Positions 54,486-64,000 of a DNA stretch of 64,000 bases are shown piece by piece. Both the position numbers and the translations under genes were made by a program. The notes under the pieces were generated by a model. That model did not search any database and was not told where the DNA came from. It worked only from the letters and a program-made list of their open reading frames with translations. Positions within the stretch are counted from its first letter, which is position 1. The number at the start of each line of letters is the position of its first letter. This DNA comes from an uncultured virus (IMG/VR IMGVR_UViG_3300042197_003121) (taxonomy: Duplodnaviria; Heunggongvirae; Uroviricota; Caudoviricetes), in the IMG/VR virus record IMGVR_UViG_3300042197_003121. The stretch is one strand, 5' to 3'.

Positions 54486-55514
54486 GTGTCTCAGACGAAA
54501 GCCGAGCTGATTAAAGGTCTAAATATTAATGCGTCTGCTCCTGCTACAGCTTTGCAGATTGACGCAAGCGGAAATGTAAATATTGACAGCAACACGCTAT
54601 ACGTTGATGCGACCAATAACCGAGTAGGCATAGGGATTAGTGACCCCGCCCAATCTTTAGATATTTACGGCAGCGGCACATCGACGAGTCAAGTTGCTGC
54701 AATTACTCTTCGTGACGGCAATAGCTCCTCTTCGCGCAGGTGGTGTATATCAAACGGAGCTGGCGGCAATGCAGCAGACTTGTTCGGAAAACTTGTTATT
54801 GGCTATGGATCAACTGTAACTGCGAATCCAATCACAGGCACTGCGGCGGTGGTCATCGACTCCTCAGGTCGTGTAGGGATTGGCGCTACTACAGTTCAGT
54901 CGTTGCTTCATCTCTCGACTTCTGGCCTAGCCGATCTTCGCTTTACTGACACGGGCGAGACAACTGATCAGAAAAACTGGGCATTTCAAACAGGAACAGG
55001 TATCGGCGCAGACACCTTTAGACTTCGTGCAATCAATGATGCTAACAATTCAGGCGACAACGCATATGTAATTACAAAGTCTGGAGCTAGCATCCAAACG
55101 CATCAATGGTTGACTGGAGGCAGCGAACGCGCCCGCATCGACTCCAGCGGCAGGCTCTTAGTTGGTACGTCTTCCGCATCTGGTGGCGCATTATTGCAAG
55201 TAAATGGCGGAGCAACAGTAGGAGCTATTTCAACGCTTTCTGGTACAACAGGATCACTAGCGCTAAACGCAACAGCAACAATTATATCAGGCATTGGAGC
55301 GGGGACTGTATATCAAGTCACCGCAATGACGGCTGATAGCAACACTGACTGGTTTTTAGTCGCCTACGTCGGAGGCCGCTTTGGAACTTCACTTCGCATT
55401 TCACAGCATATAGCAAGTAACGTAGACTTAACGTCAAGCGGAACGGATTTATTGATTAGAAATTTAAGCAGTACCGCTGTTTCATTTGGCTGGACCGCGT
55501 TAAGGATTAAATGA
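54486..55514 (+). CDS. Second modular tail fibre
   Basis: LYVDATNNRVGIG, IDSSGRVGIG, ERARIDSSGRLLVGTSS. Confidence 0.85.
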   Translation: MSQTKAELIKGLNINASAPATALQIDASGNVNIDSNTLYVDATNNRVGIGISDPAQSLDIYGSGTSTSQVAAITLRDGNSSSSRRWCISNGAGGNAADLFGKLVIGYGSTVTANPITGTAAVVIDSSGRVGIGATTVQSLLHLSTSGLADLRFTDTGETTDQKNWAFQTGTGIGADTFRLRAINDANNSGDNAYVITKSGASIQTHQWLTGGSERARIDSSGRLLVGTSSASGGALLQVNGGATVGAISTLSGTTGSLALNATATIISGIGAGTVYQVTAMTADSNTDWFLVAYVGGRFGTSLRISQHIASNVDLTSSGTDLLIRNLSSTAVSFGWTALRIK

Positions 55515-55521
55515 TTCCCAG

Positions 55522-55536
55522 TAGTCCCCTTCACTA
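55522..55536. repeat. TAGTN-N5-NACTA site
   Basis: TAGTC-CCCTT-CACTA between the fibre stop and the next ATG. Confidence 0.75.
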
Positions 55537-55538
55537 CC

Positions 55539-56057
55539 ATGGATGTCATTCTTGAACTCGGCGGCAATGTGAACCGGATGACCAAGGCCGTCGAGCTTGC
55601 TTTGGTCTATCCCGACGCAAAAATTGTTGTCAGTTCAGAGAGTTCACCAGACATTGTCGTCAGCATGGTAGACAACGCTGGGATCAGTAGAGATCGACTG
55701 CTACTGGATTACAATGCATGGGACACCGTCACTAATTTCACAACGACATATAAGTTAATCAAATCTTTTGACCCTAAAAAGTTATACATAGTTACCGATG
55801 CGTTTCACATGCGTCGTTCTATGGCAATTGCTGATGCGGTTTACTTCCGTCGAGGCGTAGAGCTCATTCCCAGCCCCTACGAAAGCAGCCACCCGGAGGA
55901 ACCCCTCAAGCTCGTCATTGAAGACTTCTTTCGGGCTGCTTTTTGGAGAGGAACCGAATATCTGTATTACGATCCGACCGTCAAAAAGCAACGCATGCCT
56001 GAGATTAACGCTGATAAACAGTACTCCATCTCCAAGGGCTACCCAGTCAATATTTAA
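55539..56057 (+). CDS. YdcF/DUF218 family protein
   Basis: LGG...R..KA..L, A.DT..N, IVTD.FHM.RS. Confidence 0.85.
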   Translation: MDVILELGGNVNRMTKAVELALVYPDAKIVVSSESSPDIVVSMVDNAGISRDRLLLDYNAWDTVTNFTTTYKLIKSFDPKKLYIVTDAFHMRRSMAIADAVYFRRGVELIPSPYESSHPEEPLKLVIEDFFRAAFWRGTEYLYYDPTVKKQRMPEINADKQYSISKGYPVNI

Positions 56058-56072
56058 TTGTGCTACGTTTAG

Positions 56073-56261
56073 GTGAGTTTTGCCTACCCCATGGCCTGCA
56101 CCAAACGTCAACTTGTCGAAGCAATTAATTCCTATGCTGCTGCCCGTGCAACCGGTGACGGGAATCTGATCAATATGTCTGCGCAACTGCTGCAAACAGC
56201 AATTGACTCCTTGGAATTTTCAGAGGAAGAAGCTGTTGCAGAAGAAGCAGAATCAGAGTAA
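56073..56261 (+). CDS. Small fibre-associated protein
   Basis: MACTKRQLVEAINSYAAAR.TGD.NL; likely start 56091. Confidence 0.65.
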   Translation: MSFAYPMACTKRQLVEAINSYAAARATGDGNLINMSAQLLQTAIDSLEFSEEEAVAEEAESE

Positions 56262-56281
56262 ATTTCTACTGCATGGAAACC

Positions 56282-56307
56282 AAGGCGGTCTTCGGGCCGT
56301 CTTTTTT
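56282..56307. terminator. Terminator between convergent genes
   Basis: AAGGCGGTC-TTCG-GGCCGTCTT-TTTT. Confidence 0.8.
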
Positions 56308-58894
56308 ATGTCTGTGCTCCTTCTGGCAGGATTGTTCCGTAGTTGCTGTACTTCGCATCGCTAGCACGAATCGCCAATCCCTTAATAAAAGGTTTACCTT
56401 GCTTGGTAAACGAACGAACTTCTTTTAAGTTCAATTGGTTTGAACAGCAATCAAGTAATAGCGCAATAAATCGCTTCTGACCTACGGGCTTACTGCCAGT
56501 ATCTTCGCAATAAGAGCAGTAGCTGGCATACAGATGAAAGTTTGAATTACAATACCGCTCTTTATCATCCTTAGCGGCTGGAATCTTCTTACCAACAGAG
56601 GATACAGCATCAGGAGCGTGGACTACTTCTGACTGGAGCCATTCAATCAGGTTGTTACTGTTGAGCAGAATTTCATTCCGAACACGACGTAAGGAAGGAA
56701 CACGATCGTAAGTATCCAGCAGATACTCACGCATTTCCTTCTCACTCATTTCCAGAACCCAGTTAACTAATCCGGGTAAATAGTTCTTCCATAAGCCCTT
56801 TACGATACCTTGATCTAACTTAATCATTTCTTTAGCCTCTGAACTCTTGTCGTATAGCGGCCTATTAAATTCGATTGTTAACCGTCGCCTGGTCAAACCA
56901 GAGGTATTATCCGTCGTTTGGATCGGTTCATTGGCACAAACCATGACCATTCCGGTATAAACAAACGGCTCACCTACGTTTTTATTCTTTTCCTCAAATC
57001 TTAAATTGTCACCACCTGTCAGTGCCTTGAAGATCTGAGCCGAACCACCGTACCGTTCCGAATCATTGATCAGCGTCAGGCGCTTACCCTTGATTGATGC
57101 CACCTCAAACCGGCTTTGCTCCAGCTGGTTCAGCGTGGTACTAGCAAAGTTCCTGTCGCCAACCAGAGCACAGCAGAGGTTAGCGAAGGTTGACTTACCT
57201 CTACCACCGGGACCGATCACCTCTAAGAAGCGTTGCAGCTCATGGCCTTGTCCAAGTAAACAGGCCCTCAGCCAAGCCCTGAGCACTTGAACGCGATCTT
57301 CGTCGTTGTACTGGGTACGGCGCAACCAGTCGATGATGGGGCCAGGATCAGCGTGAGGGTCATAATCAAAATCAAGACCCCAGGTAATGTGATTTTTCCT
57401 CGCATGCTCGATCAACTCACCGGAGTCAATTTCTAGCACACCATTTTTGAAAGCAAGCCGATCGGAATCGTCATCCCAGTAGGAATGGGCAAGGTATGCC
57501 TGGGTCAGGGTTGTAACGTCCGCTACCAAATGGGATGTAAACCCGCTTGGAGTCTGGATTCCCTGCTCTCTGACAAAGAGATCCTGAACGAAGTGCTTGT
57601 ACTCATTTCTGTGAAGTTCGCGGCGCCACACACCACGATCGCTTTCATAAAACATGAAAATATCAAACTTCGGATCGTATAACCAGCCGGTTTCAATGGC
57701 CATCCCAGTAATCTGCTCAGCCAAGAAAGAAGCGGGTGGTGTCTTCGGCTGCCCTTTCCCTTTGGAGAGAGCCTTCGCTTCTCCCATAATTTCATCGTCA
57801 CCCTCTTCTTCCATCATGCGGCGAATGCCACGCTGGAAACCACCACCAACAAGTTGAGTGAGATCACCATGCTCGAACATTTCCCGCATCTGCTGCGCCA
57901 GTTTCTCTGGGGACTCCACAACAAATCCACCAAGTTCGAGGTACCCATCCTCTTTTGCCATTGCACGCAGAGAATGGAGGCCTTTGGCGCCCTCAGGGCT
58001 TGGTCCACCCGGCAACCGTTCAAATGAACGCCATTTATGTTCACATGCGCCGCTTTCGAAGGCATCGGATTGCATTGACCACTCAATCCACGCCCCAAGT
58101 AGATCATCACTAATCTGATGAAGCGCCATACCGACGCCAATCCACTCTTCGTAGTCGTCAGCCCTGTCAGAATCTAGGTGCTGGAGGTAAACGCAAGCTT
58201 CCTCGATGGCATCGTCGATTTCGAAAGTTGAACCTTCTTCGTAGTTAAGGTTAATGCTCTGGGTTACAATGCCCTGGGTAACCGGTTTGCGGTATTTATT
58301 CGTCGGGAATGCTTTAGCAATCGCTTTATATAACCATTCCGGCACCTCCGGCGGGTTCTTAGCAAACTCAAAACCACCATGAGGCGTCGTGAAGTATCCT
58401 TCTGTCTCAGGATGAGACCCCATCAACGCCCCTTGTCGTGAACGGAACAGGATCTCAAACGACGGAACCCCAATCTTGATCGTTGCCTTGTCGGGCAACA
58501 TAGAAATTTTGGTTGCCGGGACGCTGTAAAGCATCCGTTGCCGACCAGGCTTTCCTGAAGAAATTGTTAAGGTCGGAGGGAAAATAACGTCCAGGGGACC
58601 ACCGGCCATCTCCTCGAGGACCGGGATGGCATCAGGACCATCAATGTCAACCCAAATCAACCCACCTTCGTTGGACCACTGACCGGTAATCAGGCCGATA
58701 CCGGTGGCGCGACCCTCGTCCAGCTCCCGACGGATTTGCTCAATGGTGTAGGGTTCTTGAGTCCAGCCGGGTACGTACGCTCGTTTACCATTAAGAGGGG
58801 TTAAAGCCCAGTCCGGTGGGATGAGGTTGAGGTCAATTTGACCGGGTCTAAGATGCTTGCGAGGCGGCTGAGGCTCAGGGGTGGCGACGGTCAC
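56306..58894 (-). CDS. Prim-Pol / PriCT-2 / D5-type SF3 helicase
   Basis: GIGL.TG, WVDIDG, GSHP; YEEWI.VGMALH, W.EWS; GPGGRGKST, FKALTGGD, GL.RR. Confidence 0.93.
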   Translation of the reverse strand: MTVATPEPQPPRKHLRPGQIDLNLIPPDWALTPLNGKRAYVPGWTQEPYTIEQIRRELDEGRATGIGLITGQWSNEGGLIWVDIDGPDAIPVLEEMAGGPLDVIFPPTLTISSGKPGRQRMLYSVPATKISMLPDKATIKIGVPSFEILFRSRQGALMGSHPETEGYFTTPHGGFEFAKNPPEVPEWLYKAIAKAFPTNKYRKPVTQGIVTQSINLNYEEGSTFEIDDAIEEACVYLQHLDSDRADDYEEWIGVGMALHQISDDLLGAWIEWSMQSDAFESGACEHKWRSFERLPGGPSPEGAKGLHSLRAMAKEDGYLELGGFVVESPEKLAQQMREMFEHGDLTQLVGGGFQRGIRRMMEEEGDDEIMGEAKALSKGKGQPKTPPASFLAEQITGMAIETGWLYDPKFDIFMFYESDRGVWRRELHRNEYKHFVQDLFVREQGIQTPSGFTSHLVADVTTLTQAYLAHSYWDDDSDRLAFKNGVLEIDSGELIEHARKNHITWGLDFDYDPHADPGPIIDWLRRTQYNDEDRVQVLRAWLRACLLGQGHELQRFLEVIGPGGRGKSTFANLCCALVGDRNFASTTLNQLEQSRFEVASIKGKRLTLINDSERYGGSAQIFKALTGGDNLRFEEKNKNVGEPFVYTGMVMVCANEPIQTTDNTSGLTRRRLTIEFNRPLYDKSSEAKEMIKLDQGIVKGLWKNYLPGLVNWVLEMSEKEMREYLLDTYDRVPSLRRVRNEILLNSNNLIEWLQSEVVHAPDAVSSVGKKIPAAKDDKERYCNSNFHLYASYCSYCEDTGSKPVGQKRFIALLLDCCSNQLNLKEVRSFTKQGKPFIKGLAIRASDAKYSNYGTILPEGAQT

Positions 58895-59032
58895 GGAGTA
58901 ACTATTTCGGTCGTTTACGTGGGTTTACGCCAGCTTTAGGGTACCCTGGTTGCCCAGATATGGGAACCCTGAAATCTGGAATTTTTTCGATTCTTCCAAC
59001 GTAGAGCGCACACACCTGCGTCGGCGGTCTCG

Positions 59033-59965
59033 TTATGAGTCTTCCCTGTCTCCATCTACAAGTTCAAGGTCCATCTCAGCGGCCTGTTGTGCTGGCAAGA
59101 TCTCGGAGTAATACTTCTCCACGGCTTCCAGCCACTTCTCTTTGTATTTCTCAATTGTTCCACCCTGTACCGCAAAGACTTGAGATCGCTCTCGTGTCGC
59201 GACAAAGATCATGAAAATCTCAGGGACGATATTGACGGTGTGCTCCAGCCCCATGGCATAAGCACCAAGCTGCATCATGCATTTTTGATATTTCATGAAG
59301 CCAGCACGTCGCATCCCATACTCATTCTTCGGGCAATCCGGACCGGGCCATTTGGCGTAGTACGGTCCATTTGATGTCTTTAGGTCACCCAAGACGATCT
59401 TATTTTTGTATTCGGCGACGATATCGGGTGCTCCTGACCAGCCCCAGGTCTCTCCTTCTTTCACCCCTGGATGCCAAACCCGGCTAATGGTGTCTTCCCC
59501 TGTACACCATGGAAATGCGTTCCCAACTGGATTTTCGGCCCAGATGACGCGACCGAGTTTATCTAGATTCTCGGGGAGGCCGCTCCAGAACTGGGCAATT
59601 TCTTCTTCTTCAATGACCGGATTCTTGTTGATTCCAAGGAGGTACTCCTCCATCAGAGAGTGAACGCGGGTTCCACGTGCCGCAGCAGCTTCTCGTCCAC
59701 CGGGATTTTTCTTTGCCCAACGTTCAAGAGCAGCCTTGTTTCCTCCTGTGGCTGAGAGGATAGTCGTAACTGAGGGAAGGTTGCCGTAAGGGGTACGGTA
59801 ATGGCGAGACCCGTTTATTGTTACTCGGGTATTCCCTTTTGACCTGTAATCCACGAAGTCCGACCAAGAGTATTTCTTCGTCGGATCGTAAACTGTATAA
59901 ATTTTGCGCTCTAATTCTTCGCTTGAGAGAACTACTGCAGGAATTTCAAGCACTGCAGGGGGCAC
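59033..59965 (-). CDS. PD-(D/E)XK exonuclease
   Basis: LPSVTTIL, RGT.VH..ME, G.PD, DLKTS, QL.AY. Confidence 0.9.
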   Translation of the reverse strand: MPPAVLEIPAVVLSSEELERKIYTVYDPTKKYSWSDFVDYRSKGNTRVTINGSRHYRTPYGNLPSVTTILSATGGNKAALERWAKKNPGGREAAAARGTRVHSLMEEYLLGINKNPVIEEEEIAQFWSGLPENLDKLGRVIWAENPVGNAFPWCTGEDTISRVWHPGVKEGETWGWSGAPDIVAEYKNKIVLGDLKTSNGPYYAKWPGPDCPKNEYGMRRAGFMKYQKCMMQLGAYAMGLEHTVNIVPEIFMIFVATRERSQVFAVQGGTIEKYKEKWLEAVEKYYSEILPAQQAAEMDLELVDGDREDS

Positions 59966-60069
59966 AAGGGTGAAGCAACTTCGGGCAAAGTACCGTGGTT
60001 TTCAGTAGCTGTCTACTTTTCGGGTCGATGCAGGCGCCGTAGAATAGTCAAATTATTGCTACGACGACA

Positions 60070-60462
60070 GTGTATGAGGTTGCCAAAATTGTAGGGCGGC
60101 ATTGCATTGGTTCCCTTAGGGACGGTAATCCGATCCTTTTAAATGATGAAGACTTTCTAAAGACTGCTCTTACCGTTGCCGCAGAAGCAGCTGGAGCAAC
60201 TCTTCTTCAGATCGCGACCCATAAATTTGACCCCCAGGGGCTGACAGGGTTTGCCCTTTTGGCAGAGTCACACATCTCCATCCACACCTGGCCCGAATAC
60301 GGCTTTGCCTCTGTTGACTGCTACAGCTGTGGCGAGCACACCAATCCAGAGTCGGCCTGCCGGAGCCTGAGGGATGCATTCCAGGCTGGGGACAGCTCTC
60401 TTCAGCTGTTTGACCGCAACTTTATTCCTAGTCGTGCTCCACTTCCGGTGGCTTGTCCGTAA
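60070..60462 (+). CDS. speD: S-adenosylmethionine decarboxylase proenzyme
   Basis: HKFDPQG.TG..LLAESHISIHTWPE, D.Y.CG. Confidence 0.95.
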   Translation: MYEVAKIVGRHCIGSLRDGNPILLNDEDFLKTALTVAAEAAGATLLQIATHKFDPQGLTGFALLAESHISIHTWPEYGFASVDCYSCGEHTNPESACRSLRDAFQAGDSSLQLFDRNFIPSRAPLPVACP

Positions 60463-60730
60463 AGCATCCGTCAATGTTGGCGGCAAAAGTCAACGACTGA
60501 TAATGCCCAACATGCTTCTGAATCCTGGCGTGGATATCAAAAGCCGACTTGACAGCATCCTCTGGATTAATCATCAGCTTGCTATTAGCTAGCATCCCTG
60601 CCGTCAGGATGGTGATGGCTAACTCCTGAGGATTTACGGTGAAAGCTCTTAAACTACGTCCGTTATCGGTGAAGGAGGATAGCAGGAACGCTAGGGCCTC
60701 CAGTTGAGCTGTGTTTGGATCGTCAGTCAT
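60428..60730 (-). CDS. Hypothetical protein
   Basis: Coupled to upstream gene. Confidence 0.65.
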   Translation of the reverse strand: MTDDPNTAQLEALAFLLSSFTDNGRSLRAFTVNPQELAITILTAGMLANSKLMINPEDAVKSAFDIHARIQKHVGHYQSLTFAANIDGCFTDKPPEVEHD

Positions 60731-60993
60731 GGTTCATCATCCTGTTCGTTGACGGCATACAGGGTGGCAGAATTTTTTTTGATGACAGGAATCAAGAGCT
60801 TTGCATCCCGCAACGCACTAAGCCGACGTTGGATGGTACGGTGATTACGTTCGAATTTTTTGACGACCTCTGTAATCGGGATCAAAACAAAGTTATTACC
60901 CTCATACGGGGTCGAAATTTCCAACAAGTACGAATGGATCTCCATGGCCAACTCGTCCATGAGATCAATATGTCGGAAAGCAGGGCGTACCAC
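60727..60993 (-). CDS. Winged-HTH DNA-binding protein
   Basis: ITEVVKKFERNHRTIQRRLSALRDAKLL. Confidence 0.7.
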   Translation of the reverse strand: MVRPAFRHIDLMDELAMEIHSYLLEISTPYEGNNFVLIPITEVVKKFERNHRTIQRRLSALRDAKLLIPVIKKNSATLYAVNEQDDEP

Positions 60994-61039
60994 TATTTAG
61001 CGCCTCGGTATTAAGTACAATGCTAATTGTATCGGTAGT

Positions 61040-61363
61040 TTACACCGATGCGGCTTCTGCGGCCGCCACGTGTTTTTTGTACTTGGTGACACCTTTTTTG
61101 GCAGTCTCCAAGTCCATAGTCCAGCATTCCTCCCAATCATGAGCTTCGCTCGGGAAACGATAAAGGATGTGTCCAGTGTTCCCGTGCTTCAGACTGCGAA
61201 TCTCATACCCATCAAATTCGATGGGATCAAGAATTTCAGAGGGACCGCCTTTATACTTAAATTTCTTGGCCTTGAGCATAACAAGGTAGAGTTGGTCTAC
61301 AAAGCATAGCGCCCTAAACTTACCTACGCAATAAAAATGGCAACCGTTATTGAGCGCGATCAT
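61040..61363 (-). CDS. Hypothetical protein (likely start at MLKAKK)
   Basis: ORF; 5' extension overlaps the divergent gene. Confidence 0.55.
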   Translation of the reverse strand: MIALNNGCHFYCVGKFRALCFVDQLYLVMLKAKKFKYKGGPSEILDPIEFDGYEIRSLKHGNTGHILYRFPSEAHDWEECWTMDLETAKKGVTKYKKHVAAAEAASV

Positions 61364-62641
61364 AATCGCTACGAAGTTGTTAAAGTTTTAAATCCTGACG
61401 ATCAGGTTCTTAACGTATCTCTTGTTTCGTCTCCTCAAGACACCTCTCCAACAACTCTGGACGCTTTTGGTCGGTTACGAATTTCGCAACCCCTTACTCT
61501 TTTTGACTCCAGCCATCGCTATCAAGATAATGGCCTGTGGAACACAAATACAGCTAGTGGTGGGACATCAACTTTTAACGCAAATGCTGGACTGGTTGAT
61601 TTAGCCGTCACCACCACATCCGGGTCTTTAGTTTATCGAGAGACGAGAAAAGTATTTTCTTATCAGCCTGGAAAATCTTTGCTTGTAATGAATACGTTTG
61701 TCATGAACCCTGCTAAAACAGGATTAAGGCAACGTGTTGGATATTTTGGCACAGATAATGGATTTTACATTGAGCTAGCAAATTCAACGCTGTCTCTGGT
61801 AGAACGTAGTTCTGTTACCGGATCAGTGACAGAAACCCGTGTTACGCAGGCAGACTGGAATGTAGATAAATTAGATGGAACTGGTCCATCTGGACTCACT
61901 CTGGATATTACAAAAGCTCAAATCCTTTGGGCAGATGTTGAGTGGCTTGGATTAGGTACCGTGCGAATAGGTTTTGTTATTGGTGGTCATTTAGTTACTT
62001 GTCACGCTTTTGATCATGCAAACCTGATTACATCAACTTATATCACAACAGCCTCCCTGCCACTTTGTTACGAGATTGAAAATACTGCGGCCACTGCTAG
62101 TTCCAGTACCTTAAAACAAGTTTGTTCTACTGTTATTTCAGAGGGTGGGTATGAATTACGTGGAGCCCAACAGTCAATTGAAACGCCGATCGCAAGCCCT
62201 AGGAACTTAACTAATGCCTCAACTGTGTATCCAATCATTTCAATCAGGCTGAAAACTTCTCCAAATCGCTTAGATGCAATTGTAATTTTGACGGCCCTTT
62301 CTATTATGGGTATTACTAATAACGCTAATTATCTTTGGAAAGTTGTTGTTTCTGGCACCACTACTGGTGGAACTTGGGTTAGCGCTGGTGTAGACTCCGC
62401 AGTTGAGTATAACTTAACAGGTGTTTCTTTTACGGGAGGTCGCTCCTTGGCATCTGGTTTTGCCAATGGTTCAAACCAGGGCAGTACACCTGTAGATATT
62501 TTAAAAGAAGCCCTATTTACCACTCAATTAGAGCGAAATACATTTACATCCACACCATACGAATTAACTTTAGTTGCCTCATCAAATTCAGCCGGAGCGG
62601 AAATTTTGGCGTCAATGGATTGGGAGGAAATATCTCGGTGA
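61337..62641 (+). CDS. Virion structural protein, lectin-like
   Basis: DAFGRLR.S.P.TLFD, YQPGKS, QRVGYF, W.G.G.VR.GF motifs of a cyanophage structural family. Confidence 0.75.
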   Translation: MATVIERDHNRYEVVKVLNPDDQVLNVSLVSSPQDTSPTTLDAFGRLRISQPLTLFDSSHRYQDNGLWNTNTASGGTSTFNANAGLVDLAVTTTSGSLVYRETRKVFSYQPGKSLLVMNTFVMNPAKTGLRQRVGYFGTDNGFYIELANSTLSLVERSSVTGSVTETRVTQADWNVDKLDGTGPSGLTLDITKAQILWADVEWLGLGTVRIGFVIGGHLVTCHAFDHANLITSTYITTASLPLCYEIENTAATASSSTLKQVCSTVISEGGYELRGAQQSIETPIASPRNLTNASTVYPIISIRLKTSPNRLDAIVILTALSIMGITNNANYLWKVVVSGTTTGGTWVSAGVDSAVEYNLTGVSFTGGRSLASGFANGSNQGSTPVDILKEALFTTQLERNTFTSTPYELTLVASSNSAGAEILASMDWEEISR

Positions 62642-62645
62642 GTCA

Positions 62646-62852
62646 TTAAGCGTCCCAACCGTCTCTCAGGTATCCAAAATCCCTGGCCTCAGTGACAGCC
62701 CTTTCTTTGTTACACACGTCACATTCACCGTGGTGATACGTGGCGCAATGTTGTTTGGGACCTGAATAGCATTCGCCATTCCACCAATTGCCCCACATTA
62801 CGCCGCAATCATCGCAAACCCAATCGGGTTGATCTACGTTGATAGATCTCAT
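62646..62852 (-). CDS. Small Zn-finger protein
   Basis: WVCDDCG...ATYH.G.CDVC...VTE.RDFGYL. Confidence 0.75.
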   Translation of the reverse strand: MRSINVDQPDWVCDDCGVMWGNWWNGECYSGPKQHCATYHHGECDVCNKERAVTEARDFGYLRDGWDA

Positions 62853-62933
62853 CTCAGTTTTCCATCAATAAAACGCATCATATTTTTTAATAGATTCAAA
62901 GCGCAAATTATTGCGACGATTGCAACCATTGCT

Positions 62934-63125
62934 TCAGGCCAAGTCATCGTCAGAATCCTCAGGTTTTTGCTGGGTTTTTAACCATTCTTGTCGTTTAGCC
63001 TCTGTTTCTTGAAGGTTTTGAAGTCGTTGACGGTAAAGATTACCAATCCATTCAAATTGTTTTTGTTGATCTTTGGCAGCAGCCTCGATCATATCTTTCA
63101 TTGCTTGGTGCTTGTCAAATTTCAT
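62934..63125 (-). CDS. Hypothetical protein
   Basis: Packed in operon. Confidence 0.6.
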   Translation of the reverse strand: MKFDKHQAMKDMIEAAAKDQQKQFEWIGNLYRQRLQNLQETEAKRQEWLKTQQKPEDSDDDLA

Positions 63126-63333
63126 CGAACTCCTCTAGTTCTGAATCTGTATAATCTTGGCGTGGACTTTTAGTCAGCGTAATCGTACCGTCTGGATTAT
63201 CTTGCCAATCCAAGACATCCCCTTCTTTCCACTCGAGGCGCAGCAGGAGATCGTCAGGGATGGTAAGAATACCTTCCTCATCAACAGTAACTGACCAACA
63301 TTCGGCATCATTAGGGATTTGATCGTAGTTCAT
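63115..63333 (-). CDS. AbrB/MazE-like protein
   Basis: VDEEGILTIPDDLL.RL.WKEGD.L.W....DG.I.L. Confidence 0.85.
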   Translation of the reverse strand: MNYDQIPNDAECWSVTVDEEGILTIPDDLLLRLEWKEGDVLDWQDNPDGTITLTKSPRQDYTDSELEEFDEI

Positions 63334-63659
63334 GATTCAGATTTGGTGTTAAAGTAACGTTCAATTTCTTCACGAAGAAGTGTACGCATCTCCTCCTTGG
63401 CATCATCCTTAAAAGAATAATGGAAGAGATAATCATCATCTTCCTTAATTTCTTTTACTTTTTTATATGATTTATCGACTGCGTACATCATGTCCATTAC
63501 CATGCGGAAGAGGTCCTTGGGGCGACCCACAACCATGTTGGTTTCGCAGTTGATGCTGGTATCCAGAATTCGCATCATGTCTGCAATGCGAATACTGTGT
63601 TGATGGAAGACACTACTGTACGTCTCGTAGTCATCCATGTAGTACTCAGACATGCTCAT
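63330..63659 (-). CDS. Hypothetical protein
   Basis: Coupled to the AbrB-like gene. Confidence 0.65.
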   Translation of the reverse strand: MSMSEYYMDDYETYSSVFHQHSIRIADMMRILDTSINCETNMVVGRPKDLFRMVMDMMYAVDKSYKKVKEIKEDDDYLFHYSFKDDAKEEMRTLLREEIERYFNTKSES

Positions 63660-63718
63660 ACCGTAGGAGCGAATGGCACTCCAGATTAGCAGAGGTATTT
63701 GGGATCTGCTAGGGAGCT

Positions 63719-64000
63719 TTAGGGTTTGTTAACGTTGAAGTGTTCTAATACCGTATCCAGTGATACAGGAGTAAAGTTATTTCTTTCTACGCATGCATTG
63801 AAATACTTTGGATCTACCTGCCCATTTTTAATTACTTGATGACAATGCAGGTGTCCGTGAACATTTCCTCGATAGTGACCTGACAAACAATCAGGGTGAA
63901 CTGGGATATGGGTCAAAATCAATCCACCAAGAAAGTTAGATCCTGGTGCAAAGAAAAATGCACCCCTTACATCTTCAAAATATTGTGTAAAATCTTTGAT
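63719..64000 (-). CDS. Metallophosphoesterase, C-terminal part (start outside the window)
   Basis: ILTHIP.H, NVHGHLH, NACVE...F.PV. Confidence 0.85.
   Translation of the reverse strand: MKDFTQYFEDVRGAFFFAPGSNFLGGLILTHIPVHPDCLSGHYRGNVHGHLHCHQVIKNGQVDPKYFNACVERNNFTPVSLDTVLEHFNVNKP

Noticed and set aside
38365..55174. Diversity-generating retroelement TR/VR pair
   Set aside because: No reverse transcriptase in the window; both copies are coding and the three mismatches are not adenine-specific
1..64000. Stop-codon reassignment, integrase or prophage boundaries
   Set aside because: Core genes are intact in the standard code; no integrase or host-like gene block seen

Overview
64 kb of a lytic dsDNA cyanophage genome; NblA, Dps, SpeD and a 2OG-Fe(II) oxygenase point to a picocyanobacterial host, and the gene set recalls S-EIV1-like freshwater phages (inference, not searched). 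0.5-10 kb: leftward, largely GC-rich early region of small genes, partly organised as terminator-promoter modules. 10-41 kb: rightward virion module (low-complexity internal proteins, terminase, portal, scaffold, major capsid, hydrolases, fibres, endolysin). 41-64 kb: mixed region with tRNA-Leu, HNH genes, auxiliary metabolic genes, an origin-like repeat block, primase-helicase and exonuclease. Main observations: (1) a 15-bp quasi-palindrome TAGTN-N5-NACTA sits on stop codons between small accessory genes and, in degenerate form, at module junctions inside two tail-fibre genes, suggesting a cassette/fibre-shuffling system with no recombinase visible in the window; (2) a group I intron after codon 4 of the major capsid gene, carrying an antisense HNH gene in its P1 loop; (3) an HNH gene starting inside the anticodon loop of a tRNA 5' half, followed by an intact tRNA-Leu; (4) repeated terminator-TGTTGATAGTGA-promoter modules; (5) a 539-bp portal/scaffold overlap, a hendecad-repeat protein and a circularly permuted M23 peptidase. 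All family assignments come from motif recognition by eye; no database search was run.
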